A DNA stretch of 64,000 nucleotides, from assembly GCA_965228475.1 (NCBI GenBank), contig OZ245817.1:2848001-2912000 (forward strand), read 5' to 3'. The translations under genes and the position numbers were made by a program. Every line of letters starts with the position of its first letter. Within the stretch, counting starts at the first letter, position 1. This DNA is from Myxococcota bacterium. Lineage in GTDB: Bacteria > Myxococcota_A > UBA9160 > JAFDDA01. Of this stretch, positions 20,497 through 30,470 are shown piece by piece. The notes under the pieces were generated by a model. The model saw only the letters and a program-made list of their open reading frames with translations, did no database searches and was not told the origin of the DNA.

Positions 20497-21246
20497 ATGG
20501 CGACGACGACCTTCGATTTCTCCGGGCGCCGCGTGCTCGTCACCGGTGGAAGCTCCGGGATCGGGCTCGCCGTGGCGGCGGCCTTCGCCGACGCGGGTGC
20601 CGAGGTCACCGTCACCGGCCGCAAGGCGAAGCCGGAGGAGTACGAGGCCGATCTCTCGCGCTTCGCCTATCGGCCCGCGGAGATGACGGACGCGGCTGCG
20701 CTCGACGCACTCGCCGGAAGCTTCGACGCACTCGATGTCCTCGTGAACAACGCCGGCAGCAACCTCGTCGCCCTCGACGAGTGGAAGCCCGAAACCTTCG
20801 CGACGGCCCTCGAACTGCACCTCGTGAGCGCCTTCACGCTCGCAGTGAAGCTGAAGCCGCTGCTCGCCGGGAGCACGCTCGAAGGCGGCGGCAGCGTTCT
20901 CAACACGACGAGCCTCTCGGCCTTTCGCTCGGTGCCCCTGGTCCCCGGGTACGGCGCGGCCAAGGCGGGCCTCGTCCAGATGACGCTCAACCTGGGCGCG
21001 GCCTGGGCGAAGGAGAACGTCCGGGTGAACGCCGTCGCCCCGGGGCTCATCGAGACGAACATGACCGCCATCATGAAGATGGAGGGGATGGAGGCGATCG
21101 CCCGGGCCGAGCTCGACCGCGTGCCCATGGACCGCTGGGGCGACCCGGCGGAGGTGGCGCCGGCCTATCTCTTCCTCGCGAGCGAAGAAGCCCGCTTCAT
21201 CACCGGCGCGACGCTGCCCGTCGACGGCGGCTTCATGGCCCGGTAG
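20497..21246 (+). CDS. Short-chain dehydrogenase/reductase
   Basis: TGGSSGIG, NNAG, YGAAK, VNAVAPG, VDGG. Confidence 0.92.
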   Translation: MATTTFDFSGRRVLVTGGSSGIGLAVAAAFADAGAEVTVTGRKAKPEEYEADLSRFAYRPAEMTDAAALDALAGSFDALDVLVNNAGSNLVALDEWKPETFATALELHLVSAFTLAVKLKPLLAGSTLEGGGSVLNTTSLSAFRSVPLVPGYGAAKAGLVQMTLNLGAAWAKENVRVNAVAPGLIETNMTAIMKMEGMEAIARAELDRVPMDRWGDPAEVAPAYLFLASEEARFITGATLPVDGGFMAR

Positions 21247-21271
21247 GCGCGGCAGGCGGATGGGAGGCTCG

Positions 21272-22276
21272 ATGATCCAAGCGCGCATCCATGGCCCCGA
21301 CGACGTCCGACTCGACGAGGTGCCCGAGCCCGTCGCGGGCCCCGGCGACGTCGTGCTCCGCGTCCGCTCCTGCGGGATCTGCGGCAGCGACCTCGGCTAC
21401 ATCCGGCTCGGCGGCGTCGCGGGCCCCGGCCGCGAGCCGATGCCGATCGGTCACGAGCTCGCCGGCGTGGTCGAGGCGGTCGGCGAGGGCGTCGCGTCCG
21501 TGGCCGTCGGCGACCGGGTCGCCCTCGACCCGCGGGATCCGGCGGGCCCCGTCCTCGGCAACGGCGGAACCGAAGGCGGCTTCACGCCGCTGCTGCTCGT
21601 GCGGAGGGCCGAGGGCCGGCTCCACAAGCTTCCCGAGGCGATGCCCTTCGAGCGCGCGGCCCTCGCCGAACCCCTCGGCGTCGGCACGAACGCCGTCGAC
21701 AAACTCCGCGTCGGGCCGGGCGAGAAGGCCGCCGTCTTCGGCGCCGGGCCGATCGGTCTCTCGGCCGTAGCCGCCCTGCGCGCCGCCGGCTGCGAGGACG
21801 TCGTCGCGATCGACCTCTCGGAGCGGAGACTCGCCCTCGCCCGAGCGCTCGGCGCCCGCGCAACCCTCGACGCCGGCGCGGTGGACGTGTGGCGGGAACT
21901 CCGCCGACTCCACGGCGAGACCACCTTCTTCGGCGGCCCCGTGGCGGCCACCGACGTCTTCGTCGAAGCCTCGGGCGCACCGCCGGTCATCCCCCAGGTG
22001 ATCGGAAACGCCCGGCGTGGCGCCCGCCTCTCCGTCGTCGCCCTTCATCGCGCCCCGATCGAGGTGAGCTTCCTGCTCGTCCTCATGCGCGAACTCCAGA
22101 TCAACGGCGCGATGGAGTACCCCGAGGATTTCGGCCGCGGCATCGCGATGCTCGAAGACGGAACCCTCGACCCGATGATCACCCACCGCTTCCCGCTCGA
22201 GCGCTTCCACGAGGCCCTCGAGGTCGCGCGGGACGCCTCGGTGGCGGGGAAGGTCATGATCGAGGTTTCGCAGTAG
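21272..22276 (+). CDS. Zinc-binding medium-chain dehydrogenase
   Basis: CGICGSD, GHE, EPL, GAGPIG. Confidence 0.9.
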   Translation: MIQARIHGPDDVRLDEVPEPVAGPGDVVLRVRSCGICGSDLGYIRLGGVAGPGREPMPIGHELAGVVEAVGEGVASVAVGDRVALDPRDPAGPVLGNGGTEGGFTPLLLVRRAEGRLHKLPEAMPFERAALAEPLGVGTNAVDKLRVGPGEKAAVFGAGPIGLSAVAALRAAGCEDVVAIDLSERRLALARALGARATLDAGAVDVWRELRRLHGETTFFGGPVAATDVFVEASGAPPVIPQVIGNARRGARLSVVALHRAPIEVSFLLVLMRELQINGAMEYPEDFGRGIAMLEDGTLDPMITHRFPLERFHEALEVARDASVAGKVMIEVSQ

Positions 22277-22301
22277 GACTGGGCGACTCGCGAGCCCCTC
22301 C

Positions 22302-23240
22302 TCAGTAGCCGAGCTCGCGGCTCACCTCGTAGAGGAGCGGATCCGCCCGCCGATAGCGACCGAGGTTCTCGACGAACGGCTCGACGAGCCAGTCGAGCGC
22401 ACCCGGCATGCTCCAGGAGATGTGCGGGCTCAGGCGAACGTTCGGATGGGAGTAGAGCCAGTGGCCTTTGGGCAGGGGCTCGGGGTGGGCGACGTCGAGC
22501 GAGGCCCGGGCAACGCGCCCCTCGTCGAGCGCTTCGCGCAAGGCGCCCTGATCGACGAGTTCGCCGCGCGCGACGTTCACGAGGTGCGCACCCGGCTCGA
22601 GGTGAGCGAGCGCCCGCCGATCGATCAACCCGCGCGTCTCCTTCGTGACGGGCGCGGCGAGGACGACGTGGTCGGCGCCCGCCAGGAGTTCGCTCAGCTC
22701 GTGGACGATCTCCACGCCCGGGACGGGGCTCGCAGCGTCGCTCCGCCGAAGGGCCCGAACGCGCATGCCGAAGGCCAGCGCGCGCGTGGCCACGGCCTGG
22801 CCGATTCCCCCGACGCCCACGAGCCCGAGCTGCTTGCCATGCAATCCGCCGAGCCCGCGGATGCGCCAATCGGCCGCCTCTCGGATCCAGGTCGCCGGGA
22901 AGTCCTTCTCGTGGGCGAGCATGGCCGCGAGCACGAACTCCGCGATCGGCACCGCACTCGCACCGCGCGAACAGGTCAGCACGCGGTCGCCGAGCGCCTC
23001 GTATGGGAACTCGTTCACGCCGGTGCCGTAGGCGTGGACCCACCGCACGCCGCGAGCGACGACTTCGCCGAGGTTCGGACTGCCCCAGGCCTGGGTCAGC
23101 AGGACCTCCCCGCAAACGCTCGCGGGAACCGGGCCTTCCTCGGGCACCGCGACGATCTCCACGTCGGGGTGGGCCTCTCGCACGAGCCGGAGGAGCGGTA
23201 CCGGAACGTGGCTGAGGATGCGAAGGGCTGACGCACTCAT
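22302..23240 (-). CDS. D-isomer-specific 2-hydroxyacid dehydrogenase
   Basis: GVGGIG, VNVARG, LDV..PEPL, SPHISW. Confidence 0.9.
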   Translation of the reverse strand: MSASALRILSHVPVPLLRLVREAHPDVEIVAVPEEGPVPASVCGEVLLTQAWGSPNLGEVVARGVRWVHAYGTGVNEFPYEALGDRVLTCSRGASAVPIAEFVLAAMLAHEKDFPATWIREAADWRIRGLGGLHGKQLGLVGVGGIGQAVATRALAFGMRVRALRRSDAASPVPGVEIVHELSELLAGADHVVLAAPVTKETRGLIDRRALAHLEPGAHLVNVARGELVDQGALREALDEGRVARASLDVAHPEPLPKGHWLYSHPNVRLSPHISWSMPGALDWLVEPFVENLGRYRRADPLLYEVSRELGY

Positions 23241-24715
23241 CCCGTCACCCTGGCGCTGATCTCCTGAACGAGCAGGGCGCGCAGCACCTGGCCCGTGGCC
23301 GCGGTGCGCGGCAGGGCGTCGCGCCGTTCGAGGCGGCGTGGTTTTTTGAAGCCCGCGAGGCGGCCCTCGCAGTGCGCCTGAAGCTCGGCCAGCCCGGGCT
23401 CCGTGCCCGCGGCCGGCACGATCACGGCGCAGACCTGCTCGCCCCACTCCGCGTCGGGAATGCCCACCACGGCGACCTCGGCCACCGAGGGATGGGTCGC
23501 GAGCACGGCTTCGACCTCGCCCGGGGCCACGCTCTCGCCACCGGTCCGGATGATCTCCTTCAGCCGTCCGACGATCGAAAGGTGGCCTTCTTCGTCGAGA
23601 GCGCCGAGATCGCCCGTATGGAACCACCCTTCGCGCAGCGCCGCGGCGGTTGCCTCGGGATCGTCGAAGTAGCCCTCGGTGAGATAGGGGCTTCGCACGC
23701 AGATCTCGCCGGTCTCCGAGAGGCGCACGTCCACCCCCGGCGAGGGCGGCCCGACCGAGCCGGGCTTTCGCAGGACGTCGGCGTCGGGCAGGGTGGTCGC
23801 GGACCCGACCTCCGTCGAGCCGTAGTAGATGCGTGTCGCCGTACCCGGGAAGCGCTCCTTGAGTGCGCGAATCAGGGAGACGGGCGTGGCCGAGGTGCCG
23901 GTGTCGAGCTCGCGAAGGCTCGAGAGGTCGTAGCGAGCCGTGTCCGCCGCGAGGATCCGGCTCCAGACCGCGGGGATGCAATAGAGTCGGTTCGCCTTGC
24001 GCCGTTCGACGGCCGCCAGGATCTCCGCGGGCGTGGCGGCGTCCACGAGGGCGAGTTCGCCGCGAGTCTGCCAGGCCGCGAGCCCGAGCGTGAAGGCCGC
24101 CATGTGGAAGAGCGGGAACATGCAGAGCGAGACTTCCGGCACGTCGCGGAAGACGCCCTGAAAGGACCGCAGCCAGTTCGCACGGTGCGAGAGCACGACG
24201 CCCTTGGGCGCGCCCGTGCTGCCGCTGGTGAAGAACACGACCTGGGCGTCGGTCTCGCGAAGCGCGCGCTCCTCGACGGGCGCGTCGGAGAACGCCGCCA
24301 CATCCGTGCCGAGATCGTGGGTCTTGGCACCGGCGCGATCGGCCACCTCCTCCGCGGCGGCCGCGCGCTCCGCATCGGACGCCACCAAAGCGGGCCGCGC
24401 CAGCCGGACCAACGCCTCGGCCTCCCCGGGCGTGAGCCGCGCCGAGATCGGAGCGAAGGCCGCGCCGAGCCGCGCGCAGGCGACGAACAGCGGGATCACC
24501 TCGAGGGCCGTGTCCGCCCAGCACACGACGCGGTCGCCGTGGCCGACGCCCTCGCCGCGCAGCGCTCGGGCCACGCGGTTCGCCCGGCGATCGAGCTCAC
24601 CGTGCGTCATCACGTCTTCGCCGAGGGAGACGGCCGCGCCGTCGGGGACGGCCTCCGCATTGCGGCGGAAGATCTCGCCCACCAGCAGCGCCTCGGACGC
24701 GGAGCTTGCGGTCAT
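23237..24715 (-). CDS. Acyl-CoA synthetase (AMP-binding)
   Basis: FTSGSTGAPKG, YGSTE, GWFHTGDLG, GRLKEIIRTGGE. Confidence 0.92.
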   Translation of the reverse strand: MTASSASEALLVGEIFRRNAEAVPDGAAVSLGEDVMTHGELDRRANRVARALRGEGVGHGDRVVCWADTALEVIPLFVACARLGAAFAPISARLTPGEAEALVRLARPALVASDAERAAAAEEVADRAGAKTHDLGTDVAAFSDAPVEERALRETDAQVVFFTSGSTGAPKGVVLSHRANWLRSFQGVFRDVPEVSLCMFPLFHMAAFTLGLAAWQTRGELALVDAATPAEILAAVERRKANRLYCIPAVWSRILAADTARYDLSSLRELDTGTSATPVSLIRALKERFPGTATRIYYGSTEVGSATTLPDADVLRKPGSVGPPSPGVDVRLSETGEICVRSPYLTEGYFDDPEATAAALREGWFHTGDLGALDEEGHLSIVGRLKEIIRTGGESVAPGEVEAVLATHPSVAEVAVVGIPDAEWGEQVCAVIVPAAGTEPGLAELQAHCEGRLAGFKKPRRLERRDALPRTAATGQVLRALLVQEISARVTG

Positions 24716-24724
24716 CGTGGACTG

Positions 24725-24737
24725 AGAATATCATTCT
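24725..24737. promoter_or_regulatory. Palindromic operator between divergent acyl-CoA synthetase and TetR
   Basis: AGAAT-ATC-ATTCT within a 26-bp intergenic gap. Confidence 0.55.
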
Positions 24738-24741
24738 GAAA

Positions 24742-25425
24742 ATGCAGAACAAGCCTCTCCGCAGCGCAACGAGCGACGCAGGCCCCTCCTTCGCCGGACG
24801 GGCGGTCGAGCGCACGCTTGCGCGGCGGCGGGAACGCTACGCCTCCGAAGTCACGCGGCTCGTCGACGCGGCGCTCGCGCTGATCGAAGCCACGGGCGAG
24901 CTCGAGCCCCGCGTGAGCGAGATCGTGGCCCGTGCGGGCCTCTCGAATCAGGCCTTCTACAAGCACTTCCGCTCGAAGCGCGAACTCCTCGTCGCCGTGC
25001 TCGACGCCGGCATCGAGCGGCTCGCCACGCACCTCGCCGAGCGCATGGGCGCGCACGCCGACCCCGTGGAGCGGGTGCGCGCCTGGCTCGAGGGCATGAC
25101 CGCCCAGGCCCTGCACGAGAAGGCCGCCTCGGCGACGCGCCCCTTCGCCCTCTCGCGCGAGCGACTGGCGAGCGCATACCCCGAAGAAGTCGCCGACTCC
25201 GAGCGGAGGCTCACCGCCCTCGTCCGCGACGCGCTGCTCGAGGCGCGGGAGTCGGGCGCCCTCCCCTTCGCGGACCCGGAACGCGACGCGGAGACGCTCC
25301 ATCACCTCGCCATGGGTTGGATGCAGTCGCGGCTGCGTGCGGGCGACGCCACGGATCCGGCGGATGCGGAGCGGCTGGTGCGGTTCGCGCTCGCAGGGCT
25401 CGCACGTACGGGCGAGGCCGACTGA
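24742..25425 (+). CDS. TetR/AcrR family regulator
   Basis: PRVSEIVARAGLSNQAFYKHFRSK. Confidence 0.9.
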   Translation: MQNKPLRSATSDAGPSFAGRAVERTLARRRERYASEVTRLVDAALALIEATGELEPRVSEIVARAGLSNQAFYKHFRSKRELLVAVLDAGIERLATHLAERMGAHADPVERVRAWLEGMTAQALHEKAASATRPFALSRERLASAYPEEVADSERRLTALVRDALLEARESGALPFADPERDAETLHHLAMGWMQSRLRAGDATDPADAERLVRFALAGLARTGEAD

Positions 25426-26003
25426 TGGAGCGCGAGATTCTCCTCACCGGCATCGGCGGGCAGGGAATCCAGCTCGCGGGCCAGGTGCTCGCGCGCGCGG
25501 CCGTCCGCGAAGGCCGCCACGCCATGGCCCTCGGGACCTACGGCGGGACCATGCGGGGCGGCAACACGGACTACTCCCTCGTCCTCGCCGACGCACCGAT
25601 CGTCACGCCGCCCATCGTCCCTCGGGTCTGGGCGGCGCTGGCCCTGCACCACCGCTTCTTCGAACCCACGCGCGCGCGCCTTCGCACGGGGTCCCGGGTC
25701 GTCGTCGACGAGACCCTCTTCGACGCACCGCTCGACCGGGAGGCGCATCGGGTCCTGGCCCTCCCGGCAACGCGCATGGCGAGCGAGCTCGGGTCTGCCG
25801 TCGCGGGAGCGCTGGTCCTGGCGAGCGCCTTCGCCGCATGGACGCAGCTCGTCGGCGTCGAGGCCCTGGTCCTCGCGATGCGCGATTCGGTGCCGTCCTA
25901 CCGAAGCGAGCACCTCGAGCCGAACGAACGTGCGCTGCGCACCGGGTTCGCCGCCGGCGCGCCGGGGGAACCCTCGGCCTGGGCGACCGGGGAGGCGGCG
26001 TGA
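25425..26003 (+). CDS. 2-oxoacid:ferredoxin oxidoreductase gamma subunit
   Basis: EILLTGIGGQGIQLAG, YGGTMRGG, NERAL..G. Confidence 0.9.
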   Translation: MEREILLTGIGGQGIQLAGQVLARAAVREGRHAMALGTYGGTMRGGNTDYSLVLADAPIVTPPIVPRVWAALALHHRFFEPTRARLRTGSRVVVDETLFDAPLDREAHRVLALPATRMASELGSAVAGALVLASAFAAWTQLVGVEALVLAMRDSVPSYRSEHLEPNERALRTGFAAGAPGEPSAWATGEAA

Positions 26004-26236
26004 GCGAAGCAGCCGTTTCCCGCGGTACGGTCCACCTCGCCGCCGAACGCTGCAAGGGCTGCGAGCTGTGCATCCCGGCCTGCCCGCCGGCCGTTCTCCA
26101 CATGTCCGACCAACGAAACGCCCAGGGGTTCCGCGTGCCGGAGCTCCGCGCAGGCTGCACCGGCTGCGGGGCGTGCCTCCTCGTCTGCCCGGACTTCTGC
26201 TTCGAGGTCTACCGGTTCGAAGGAGGTCCGGCGTGA
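26000..26236 (+). CDS. 2[4Fe-4S] ferredoxin (OFOR delta subunit)
   Basis: CKGCELCIPACP and CTGCGACLLVCPD. Confidence 0.92.
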   Translation: MSEAAVSRGTVHLAAERCKGCELCIPACPPAVLHMSDQRNAQGFRVPELRAGCTGCGACLLVCPDFCFEVYRFEGGPA

Positions 26237-27294
26237 CGCGGCGGCTCCTCGAAGGCTCGGAGGCGATCGCCGAGGCCGCGCTGCTGGCCGGCTGTCGTTT
26301 CTTCGCCGGCTACCCGATGACCCCGTTCACCGAACTCCTCGAGACCTTCGCGCGGCGGCTGCCGGAAGAGGACGGCGTCTGCATCAACGCGGAGAGCGAA
26401 CTCGAGGCGATCGGCATGGCCTGGGGGGCGGCCGCCACCGGCGCACGCGCCGCGACGGGCTCGACGGGCCAGGGGCTCGCGCTCATGCAGGAGTCCCTCT
26501 CGGAACTGACGCGTGCCGAGATCCCGCTCGTGTACTTCAACATGGCCCGCGGCCAGGGCGACTACTTCCAGGCCACACGCGGCGGCGGCCACGGCGACTA
26601 TCGCCACCCCGTGCTGGCGCCCATCGACGCCGGCGAGGCCGTCGCGCTGACCCAGCTCGCTTTCCACATGGCCGACCGCTGGCGGAACCCGGTCTGCGTC
26701 CTCGGCGACTACCTCCTCGCCCACACGAGCGAATCCGTCCTGCTCGAGCCCGTCGATTTCGGGCCCCTCCCCGAGAAGGACTGGGCCGTCGACGGAACGA
26801 AGGGGGGAACCGGGGCGGCGCGCAACCTGAACCCGATCGGCATGGAGCCCGGCCGGAAGGGCATCGACCCGGAGCCCTTCTGGCAGCGGCTCCAGGCGAA
26901 GCACGAGGCCATGGCCGCCGCAGAGGTCCGTTTCGACGCGGAAGGCGTCGAGGACGCCGAGATCCTGGTCGTGGCCTACGGCACGATGGCGCGCTTCGCG
27001 CGCTACGTGGTCCGCGAGCTGCGCGCCGAGGGGCGCCGGGTCGGCTGGTTCCGTCCGATCACGCTGTGGCCCTTCCCCGCCGAGGCCCTCGCGGCTGCGG
27101 CCGAGGGAACCCGCTGCGTCGCGGTCCTCGAGCAGAACGCGGGGCAGATGATCGACGACGTCCGGCTTGCCGTCCTCGGACGGGCGCCCGTACGAGGCAT
27201 CGGCGGGATCTCCTCCGACGAAGCCGGCTTCGGGATCGGGCCGCTGCTCGACGTCGGCGAGGTGCGGCGCCGCATCGAAGAGGTCTCCCCGTGA
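26233..27294 (+). CDS. 2-oxoacid:ferredoxin oxidoreductase alpha subunit (Vor/Kor-like)
   Basis: FFAGYPMTP, AESELEA, QGDYFQATRGGGHGDY, RPITLWPFP, EQNAGQM. Confidence 0.9.
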   Translation: MTRRLLEGSEAIAEAALLAGCRFFAGYPMTPFTELLETFARRLPEEDGVCINAESELEAIGMAWGAAATGARAATGSTGQGLALMQESLSELTRAEIPLVYFNMARGQGDYFQATRGGGHGDYRHPVLAPIDAGEAVALTQLAFHMADRWRNPVCVLGDYLLAHTSESVLLEPVDFGPLPEKDWAVDGTKGGTGAARNLNPIGMEPGRKGIDPEPFWQRLQAKHEAMAAAEVRFDAEGVEDAEILVVAYGTMARFARYVVRELRAEGRRVGWFRPITLWPFPAEALAAAAEGTRCVAVLEQNAGQMIDDVRLAVLGRAPVRGIGGISSDEAGFGIGPLLDVGEVRRRIEEVSP

Positions 27295-28139
27295 GCGACG
27301 ACACGAACGTGCGCATCGACGCGCCCCCCGCCTGCCCGGCCACCCGGGTCGGCGAGTTCGCGCCGCGGCTCCAGCGCGACGTCGACCACGATCTCTGCCC
27401 GGGCTGCGGAGAGCCCGTCGCGCTCCGCGCGATCCTCGAGGCCATCGAAGAACAGGGACGCGCGAGCTCGGCCATTGGTGTGGTGGGCATCGGCTGCTAC
27501 ACGGCGCTCACGCCGCTCATGGACGTCGACCTGATCCAGGCCCTCCACGGCCGAGCGCCGTCCCTCGCGACCGGTGCAAAGCGCATGCGCCCCGAAGCGC
27601 TCGTCTTCACCCTCCAGGGCGACGGCGACATGGTGAACGAGGGCCTCCAGGAAGTGATCCACACCGCCGCGCGCGGCGAGAGCGTGACCTGCGTGCTCCT
27701 GAACAACGGCGTGTTCGGAGAGACCGGCGGACACATGACCGCCACCACCGTCCTCGGGCAACGCACGAAGAACTCGATCGAGGGGCGCGACGCGGACTAC
27801 CACGGTCACCCGATCGTGATCGGCGACCTGCTCGCCGGCCTCGGGGGGACGCGCTACGCCGCGCGCGGGGCCGTCTACGACGCAGCCACCGTCGCCCAGA
27901 CGAAGCGATTCCTGAACCGTGCGTTCGCCTCCCAGCGCGAAGGCGGTTTCTCCTTCGTCGAGATCCTGACGATGTGTCCGACCGGCTGGTTCATCCCCAC
28001 CGCGGAAGGCCCGAGCTACCTCGCCGACGTCATGGCGCCGGTCCACGCCATCGGCGAACTCAAGGTCGACGGCGAGCTGCAGCGCACCACGGACGACCTG
28101 CGAGAGCGCGCCGAGCGGCGCGGGAAGCCCGGGCCGTGA
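27291..28139 (+). CDS. 2-oxoacid:ferredoxin oxidoreductase beta subunit (TPP-binding)
   Basis: CPGCG, GIGC, HGRA, QGDGD..NNG, CPTGW. Confidence 0.9.
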   Translation: MSDDTNVRIDAPPACPATRVGEFAPRLQRDVDHDLCPGCGEPVALRAILEAIEEQGRASSAIGVVGIGCYTALTPLMDVDLIQALHGRAPSLATGAKRMRPEALVFTLQGDGDMVNEGLQEVIHTAARGESVTCVLLNNGVFGETGGHMTATTVLGQRTKNSIEGRDADYHGHPIVIGDLLAGLGGTRYAARGAVYDAATVAQTKRFLNRAFASQREGGFSFVEILTMCPTGWFIPTAEGPSYLADVMAPVHAIGELKVDGELQRTTDDLRERAERRGKPGP

Positions 28140-28624
28140 AGCGGGTCGCAGCGGTCGCCGTTGGTTCTGCCCTGCTCGGCTGCGGCAGCTGGGAAACCGA
28201 GCGAAGCCTCGTCATCGAGGCGCCCCCGGATGCGGTGTGGTCGCTCCTCGCCGACCTCGACGCCTACCCGGAGTGGAACTCCTACTCCACCCGCGCCGAG
28301 GGAAACCTGACGGTGGATGGCATCGTGACGATCGAAGCGCAGCTCGGCGGGGAGACCCGCCAGGTGGCGAACCGGGTGACCCGCATCGAGCCCGAACGCG
28401 CGCTCTGCTGGCATTCGACGAACTGGTACGAGGTCCTCGTCCGCGGCACGCGCTGCCGCTTCCTCGAGCCCGACGGTTCCGGAGCGACCCACTTCCGGCA
28501 CCACGAAATCATGGAGGGGCCCCTGGCGCGGGTCGTCGAGCGCATCTACCGCCCCCGCATCGAAGCCGGGCTCGAACGGATGAACGACGACCTGAAGCGC
28601 GCCGCCGAGGCCCCCGGACGATGA
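28136..28624 (+). CDS. SRPBCC/START-like domain protein, possible lipoprotein
   Basis: IEAPPDAVWSLLADLDAYPEWN; MNDDLKRAAE; lipobox-like LLGC. Confidence 0.8.
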   Translation: MKRVAAVAVGSALLGCGSWETERSLVIEAPPDAVWSLLADLDAYPEWNSYSTRAEGNLTVDGIVTIEAQLGGETRQVANRVTRIEPERALCWHSTNWYEVLVRGTRCRFLEPDGSGATHFRHHEIMEGPLARVVERIYRPRIEAGLERMNDDLKRAAEAPGR

Positions 28625-29091
28625 GGCCCCCGGCCTACCTGGCCGTCATGGACCGCCTGAACCCGCTCGTCGTCGGCCTGCTGCATGCACCACTCCTGCA
28701 CTGGCTCGCGAGCCCGGGCCTGATGACGATCACGCTCGAGGGCCGGCGAACCGGCCGACGGGCGCGCTTCCCCGTCGGCTACCACGACCAGGGCGACGCG
28801 GTCGTCGTACTCGTCTCGAACGCGAGCGCGCGCCAGTGGTGGCGGAACTTCCGTTCTCCCTGGCCGGCCGAACTCCGCCTGCGGGGAAAGCGCCGGCCGA
28901 TGACGGGCGAGGTGCTCGAGCCGGGCAGCGAGGAGTATCGTGAGCGCGTCGGCCGTTCCTTCGCGCGCGCTGCCTTCATCCCGGGCCTGTTCGAGATCGA
29001 TTTCGATCGCGAGCGCGGCCTCACCGCGGAGCAGATGAAGGCACTCGGCGAATACGCCGCCGTCGTTCGATTCACGGAGAACCCGGGATAG
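28621..29091 (+). CDS. Deazaflavin(F420)-dependent nitroreductase-like split-barrel protein
   Basis: NPLV..LL..PLLH, ITLEGRRTGR..FPVGY, WWRNF. Confidence 0.7.
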   Translation: MRPPAYLAVMDRLNPLVVGLLHAPLLHWLASPGLMTITLEGRRTGRRARFPVGYHDQGDAVVVLVSNASARQWWRNFRSPWPAELRLRGKRRPMTGEVLEPGSEEYRERVGRSFARAAFIPGLFEIDFDRERGLTAEQMKALGEYAAVVRFTENPG

Positions 29092-29582
29092 TGTGGTTCG
29101 ACCTCGAGCCGGTCCCCCTCGAGTTCCTCGAGCGTGCACCTCGCCGTTTCACCGTCGAGGCCCGCGTCCGCGCCCCGCGCCAGGCGGTCTGGGACGCTTT
29201 CATCGACGCTCCCGGCTGGCCGCGCTGGTTTCCGGGCGTGAGCGAGGCGAGCTATCCGGGCGGCGCGCCCCCCTATGGTGTGGGGACCCGGCGGGAAGCG
29301 ACCGTCCGGGGCCAGCGCTGGCAGGAGACCATCCTCGCCTTCGAGCCCGGCGTCCGCTGGGCCTACCGGGTGGACCGCGCGACCGTTCCGCTGGCCCACG
29401 CCCAGATCGAGTGCACCGAGTTCGCCGACGACGGCCCCGGAACCCGTCTGCGCTGGACCCTCGCCGCCCGGCCGAGGGTCTTGCTCCGGCTCTCCGGGCC
29501 CCTGATGGAACGATCCCTGGCCAGGCTCCTTGCAAGGGCCAGCGAGAACCTCGAACGCGAGGTCGGGATTCCCGAAAACTAG
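29091..29582 (+). CDS. SRPBCC family protein
   Basis: APRQAVWDAF.D...WPRWFPGV, GVGTRR. Confidence 0.8.
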   Translation: MWFDLEPVPLEFLERAPRRFTVEARVRAPRQAVWDAFIDAPGWPRWFPGVSEASYPGGAPPYGVGTRREATVRGQRWQETILAFEPGVRWAYRVDRATVPLAHAQIECTEFADDGPGTRLRWTLAARPRVLLRLSGPLMERSLARLLARASENLEREVGIPEN

Positions 29583-29585
29583 GCA

Positions 29586-29630
29586 TTGACAAGATCGCCG
29601 CCTTCGATCATCTTGGCGCCGTCAAGATGA
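29586..29630 (+). promoter_or_regulatory. Sigma70-type promoter and TetR operator
   Basis: TTGACA-17 nt-CATCTT; palindrome TCATCTTGGC-GCC-GTCAAGATGA (29608-29630, 9/10 arm match). Confidence 0.8.
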
Positions 29631-29640
29631 AGGAGCGGGC

Positions 29641-30273
29641 ATGGCCTACCACCACGGAAACCTCAAGGAAGCCCTGCTCGAGCGCGCCGCCGAGGTGATC
29701 GCCGAGCGCGGGATCGAGGCGCTCTCCCTGCGCGGCCTCGCCCGGGACCTCGGCGTCTCCCACGCCGCGCCGGGCGCCCACTTCGCGGACCGCCGGGCCC
29801 TGCTGAGCGAGCTGGCCAAGCAGGGCTTCGAGAAGAGCGTGGAAGCCATGAACGCGGGGGCTGCCGCCGCCGGGCCCGACCCCGTCGCCCGCTACCGCGC
29901 GCTCGGGCGCTCCTACGTTCGCTTCGCTCGGGACTTCCCGTCGTACTTCCGGATCATCAACCACCCGGAGGTCCAGTCCCACGTCGACGAAGCCCTGCGC
30001 GAGGCGCGGGCCGCCTGGGTCACGACGCTCCGGGAGGGAGTCGAGGCAGCGCGCGCTTCGGGATGGCACCCCGAGATCGACGTCGAGACGCTCCTTGCCT
30101 TCAGCTGCGCGGCCGCCTCGGGCGCCGCACAAATTCTCTCCGACTCCGGCTGGTCTGCACACTTCGACACGGACGACCTCGATGCCCTCGCGGACGACGT
30201 GCTCGACCTCGTCGTGCACCGCAGCCGGACGAGCGCGCTGCCGAGCGCCGAGGACGAAAGGAAGGTCTCATGA
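29641..30273 (+). CDS. TetR/AcrR family regulator
   Basis: YHHGNLKEALL, LSLRGLARDLGVSHAAPGAHF. Confidence 0.93.
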   Translation: MAYHHGNLKEALLERAAEVIAERGIEALSLRGLARDLGVSHAAPGAHFADRRALLSELAKQGFEKSVEAMNAGAAAAGPDPVARYRALGRSYVRFARDFPSYFRIINHPEVQSHVDEALREARAAWVTTLREGVEAARASGWHPEIDVETLLAFSCAAASGAAQILSDSGWSAHFDTDDLDALADDVLDLVVHRSRTSALPSAEDERKVS

Positions 30274-30470
30274 GATTCGCCGGCTCGAACCGCGCCCTCA
30301 CCGCCGCGGGCCCGATCCTCTTCGGCGTCGCATTCCTCGCGCCGCTCGTCGCGCAGTCCCTCGAAGCGGCCTCGCTCCCGGCCCCCTTCGGCCTCGAGCC
30401 GCTTCCCTTCGGGCTGGCGCTCGGCCTCTCCCTCGGCGTCGTCGCGGCGCTGCGAGGTTGCTGGGTATGA
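30270..30470 (+). CDS. Small two-TM membrane protein (66 aa)
   Basis: ATGA overlaps at both ends; GPILFGVAFLAPLVAQ..FGLALGLSLGVVA. Confidence 0.7.
   Translation: MRFAGSNRALTAAGPILFGVAFLAPLVAQSLEAASLPAPFGLEPLPFGLALGLSLGVVAALRGCWV

Noticed and set aside
21272..22276. Zinc dehydrogenase lacking the structural-Zn four-Cys lobe
   Set aside because: A known, common variation among medium-chain dehydrogenases; the frame is intact
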